DNA from: a bacterium
GTDB lineage: Bacteria > Actinomycetota > Acidimicrobiia > Acidimicrobiales > Ilumatobacteraceae
Direction: 5' to 3'
DNA length: 64,000 nucleotides
Assembly (NCBI GenBank): GCA_029977615.1
Contig: JAPOKO010000004.1
Location: 20,207 to 84,206 of the forward strand
Position numbers and translations under genes: made by a program. Below the pieces are notes generated by a model that was not told the origin of the DNA, did no database searches, and worked only from the letters and a program-made list of their open reading frames with translations. How positions within the stretch are numbered: position 1 is the first letter of the stretch; each line of letters starts with the position of its first letter. This document shows positions 61,603 through 64,000 of the stretch, one piece after another.

Positions 61603-62685
61603 ATGGTAGGCGTGCGGGTCGCCTACACACTTGAGCAGTGCTGGCACCGCGTGCCAGGAGGCACGGCAGTGTCGGCAATTGAAGTTGCGCGTGCGATGCC
61701 GATGGTTCGTGCTGATGTCGAACTGTTGGGTGTGTCTGGCAGACATGGTGAAGACTCGTCTGTCACATTTGATATCTCCATTGATGTAGCTGGATTGCCC
61801 ATTTCTGGCCCATTGCTCTATGAATCCTCGCTCCGATTGCGTCAACCTCGCGTGGAACGCGTACTCAGCGATATCGATCTCCTGCACAACACCAGCATCA
61901 TTCCCTTTGCAACAAACGGAAAGATGGTGTCGACCATTCACGATCTGGCATTTCTGCATCATCCAGATTTTTTCACTCGACGAGGCAATTCGGTGTTCGC
62001 TCGTAGTTTGAAAGTGTTGAAGAAACGCGCCGACATGCTGTTGTGTAGTTCAACTGCAACTGTGAATGATTGCTTAGAGGTTGGTTTCACTCCTGACAGA
62101 TTGCGACTTGTTCCTCTTGGTGTAAGAACTGAGCGGGCAAGTGCAGATCACATCGAGCAAGTTCGTAAAACATTCAACCTGCCAAGCGAATTCATTTTGT
62201 TCGTTGGCACGCTTGAGCCTCGAAAGAACTTGGCAAAGTTAGTTGAGGCATTGCGTAATCAGCCAGACCTTCCTCCTCTTGTGGTTGCAGGCGCAACCGG
62301 TTGGGGTGACATTGCAGTTGAAGCGAGTGACACAGTGAAGTTCCTCGGACATATCGAAGATCGATTCCTAAATGGCCTGTACGCAGCGGCATCCGTAATG
62401 GCGTATCCATCTCTGTGGGAAGGTTTCGGCTTGCCAGTGCTCGAAGCGATGGCGCAAGGAACTCCGGTGGTAACGAGTGAATTCATTTCGACGGAAGAAG
62501 TTGCGGGTGGAGCGGCTGTACTTGTAGATCCTCGTAGTGCCGAGAGTATTCAAAGCGGAATCCGCGAAGCACTTGCAGATCGAGCAAGTCTCTCCCGAAG
62601 AGGACTTGAGCGTGCGGCGCATGCATCGTGGAGTAAAACTGCACAATTAACTGCCGCCGCATATGACGAGGTGACTGCACAATGA
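61603..62685 (+). CDS. Family 4 (GT-B) glycosyltransferase
   Basis: 360 aa. FVGTLEPRKN and the EX7E region WEGFGLPVLEAMAQGTPVV. Confidence 0.88.
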   Translation: MVGVRVAYTLEQCWHRVPGGTAVSAIEVARAMPMVRADVELLGVSGRHGEDSSVTFDISIDVAGLPISGPLLYESSLRLRQPRVERVLSDIDLLHNTSIIPFATNGKMVSTIHDLAFLHHPDFFTRRGNSVFARSLKVLKKRADMLLCSSTATVNDCLEVGFTPDRLRLVPLGVRTERASADHIEQVRKTFNLPSEFILFVGTLEPRKNLAKLVEALRNQPDLPPLVVAGATGWGDIAVEASDTVKFLGHIEDRFLNGLYAAASVMAYPSLWEGFGLPVLEAMAQGTPVVTSEFISTEEVAGGAAVLVDPRSAESIQSGIREALADRASLSRRGLERAAHASWSKTAQLTAAAYDEVTAQ

Positions 62686-63812
62686 GCATGAAGCATAACG
62701 ACATTGCAATCAACATGCTGTGGTGCGTTCCTGGCTCGGTTGGTGGAAGCGAGGAGTACTTCATTCGCCAATTACGAGGTCTGGTCGAAGTACAGGCGCC
62801 ATTTAACATCACGGTGTATGCACCAAAAGGGTTTTCGAGTGCGCACAGCGAACTCGCTTCAACTGTGAATGTCGTTGAAGCACCTTCACATTGCACTAGT
62901 CGAGAATTGCGAGTGTTTCTGGAAAACACGTGGCTTGCTACGCAAACGAAGTTTGCGGACATTGTGCATCACGGTGGTGGAACAATACCTAGTCGCGGAA
63001 TTTCAAAAACGCTGCTGACCATCCATGATGTTCAGTATCTTTCGTATCCCGAATACTTCAGTGCAGTGAAGCTTCGCTACTTGAAGAACAGAGTTCCCTC
63101 GGCAATTCGTCGAGCAACTGTTGTCGCAACGCCTAGTAACTACGTGCGGGAGAGCATTGAGCAGCATTTCGGTGTTGAGCGTGCTCGAACCGCAGTAGTT
63201 CGCCACGGTCTCGAGCCTGCAATTGGGGCACATAAAACACCTGAGCACGAGTTGCGGGCGAGATTCAATCTTGGTGCTTCGCGTGTGCTACTCATTCCTG
63301 CAATTACGCATCCGCACAAGAATCACGATTTTCTTCTGCAATTGCTTGCTCATGAATGGCGTAATGAAGACGTGAAGCTGGTGATGGTGGGTGGCAACGG
63401 ACTTGCCGAGCCACGAATTCAATCGCTCATCATCGAATTAGGCGTCGCGAACAAAGTGGTTCGGTCGGGGCGAGTTAAAGCGGCAGATCGAGACGGTCTT
63501 ATTGCGTTAGCCGAAGCATTGGTGTTCCCAAGTAAGTACGAAGGTTTTGGTGCACCAGTGCTTGAAGCGATGGCGCTCGGTACTCCGGTTATTTCCAGTG
63601 ATTGCGCATCTTTGCCTGAGGTAGTGGGTGATGGTGGACTGGTGCTTCCTCTTACCTCTGAAGCGTGGGCGGGAGCGCTTGATGTTATACGCGCACAAAG
63701 GTCAACTCTCATTCATAAAGGTTTGCGACGCGCTGAGGAGTTCACCTCAGCAAAGTCGGCGGAGGACTTGGTGATCGCGTATGAAAAAACACTTGCGGCG
63801 GTTCCACGTTGA
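62682..63812 (+). CDS. Family 4 (GT-B) glycosyltransferase
   Basis: 376 aa. The start overlaps the previous stop (ATGA). Has YEGFGAPVLEAMALGTPVI. Confidence 0.88.
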   Translation: MSMKHNDIAINMLWCVPGSVGGSEEYFIRQLRGLVEVQAPFNITVYAPKGFSSAHSELASTVNVVEAPSHCTSRELRVFLENTWLATQTKFADIVHHGGGTIPSRGISKTLLTIHDVQYLSYPEYFSAVKLRYLKNRVPSAIRRATVVATPSNYVRESIEQHFGVERARTAVVRHGLEPAIGAHKTPEHELRARFNLGASRVLLIPAITHPHKNHDFLLQLLAHEWRNEDVKLVMVGGNGLAEPRIQSLIIELGVANKVVRSGRVKAADRDGLIALAEALVFPSKYEGFGAPVLEAMALGTPVISSDCASLPEVVGDGGLVLPLTSEAWAGALDVIRAQRSTLIHKGLRRAEEFTSAKSAEDLVIAYEKTLAAVPR

Positions 63813-64000
63813 GCGATAACAAACTTCGTCTTGTGGTGTTGTGTCCACACTTTGCGCCAGACCTCGCCCCAACTGGCGTTGTGATGACGCGAATTGTGAA
63901 CGAACTGGCAGCACGTGGGCACGAGCTTCATGTAGTTACCTCGTTGCCTTGGTATCGCAATCATGCAATAGAACCAGGGTGGGGTGGCAGGTTGTGGCGT
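63809..64000 (+). CDS. Glycosyltransferase (GT4/WbuB-like N-terminus), partial at the window edge
   Basis: Hand translation from the TTG at 63809 (which overlaps the previous TGA) gives LSDNKLRLVVLCPHFAPDLAPTGVVMTRIVNELAARGHELHVVTSLPWYRNH... It is open to the window end. The start codon is uncertain. Confidence 0.6.
   Translation, partial: MSDNKLRLVVLCPHFAPDLAPTGVVMTRIVNELAARGHELHVVTSLPWYRNHAIEPGWGGRLWR

Noticed and set aside
1-64000. Search for tRNA/rRNA genes, CRISPR repeats, IS elements, integrases, or phage or defence-island genes
   Set aside because: Reading both strands I saw no tRNA-like T-arm/acceptor patterns in the few gaps and no regularly spaced direct repeats. No ORF resembles a transposase, recombinase, or restriction or other known defence family. 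The only mobile-type module is the vapBC pair. This was an eye scan, not a computed one.

Overview
This 64-kb window is a very gene-dense chromosomal segment with about 70 protein-coding genes. Intergenic space is minimal and many start/stop codons overlap by 1-4 nt (ATGA, GTGA, TAATG). It reads as a streamlined, moderate-GC actinobacterium; GC was judged by eye, not computed. The lineage call rests on several markers: a TIGR03083/MDMPI-type DinB-like protein, an Rv2466c-like DsbA-fold protein, a ceoB/ceoC-type trkA pair with its APC-permease neighbour, an lpd-sucB-lipB/lipA block, a DUF3039-like gene, and an ImuA'-ImuB-DnaE2 SOS mutasome. Most of the content is core metabolism: sufCSU, aceE, lpd/sucB, two acyl-CoA dehydrogenases, aminotransferase, peptidases, amidase, a heterodimeric ABC exporter, and cell-envelope glycosyltransferases. 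I found no rRNA, tRNA, CRISPR array, transposase or integrase. Six things deserve a second look. (1) A single uninterrupted ORF fuses LipB to LipA directly downstream of lpd-sucB. (2) The imuA'-imuB-NUDIX-dnaE2 cassette uses the same perfect 14-bp GAAC-N4-GTTC palindrome and promoter-to-ATG module twice, and dnaE2 is flanked by two NUDIX genes. (3) A CarH/LitR-type B12 regulator with an intact Wx9EH motif sits immediately upstream of that cassette, with a PduO-type adenosyltransferase 4 kb away. (4) Two tandem, translationally coupled paralogous secreted proteins of unknown function lie next to a sufCSU operon that lacks sufBD. (5) An ArgJ-family gene sits in a non-arginine operon. (6) An orphan terminator-like hairpin sits in a divergent promoter region. 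All functional calls come from reading the supplied translations and recognising motifs from memory. No database search was run.
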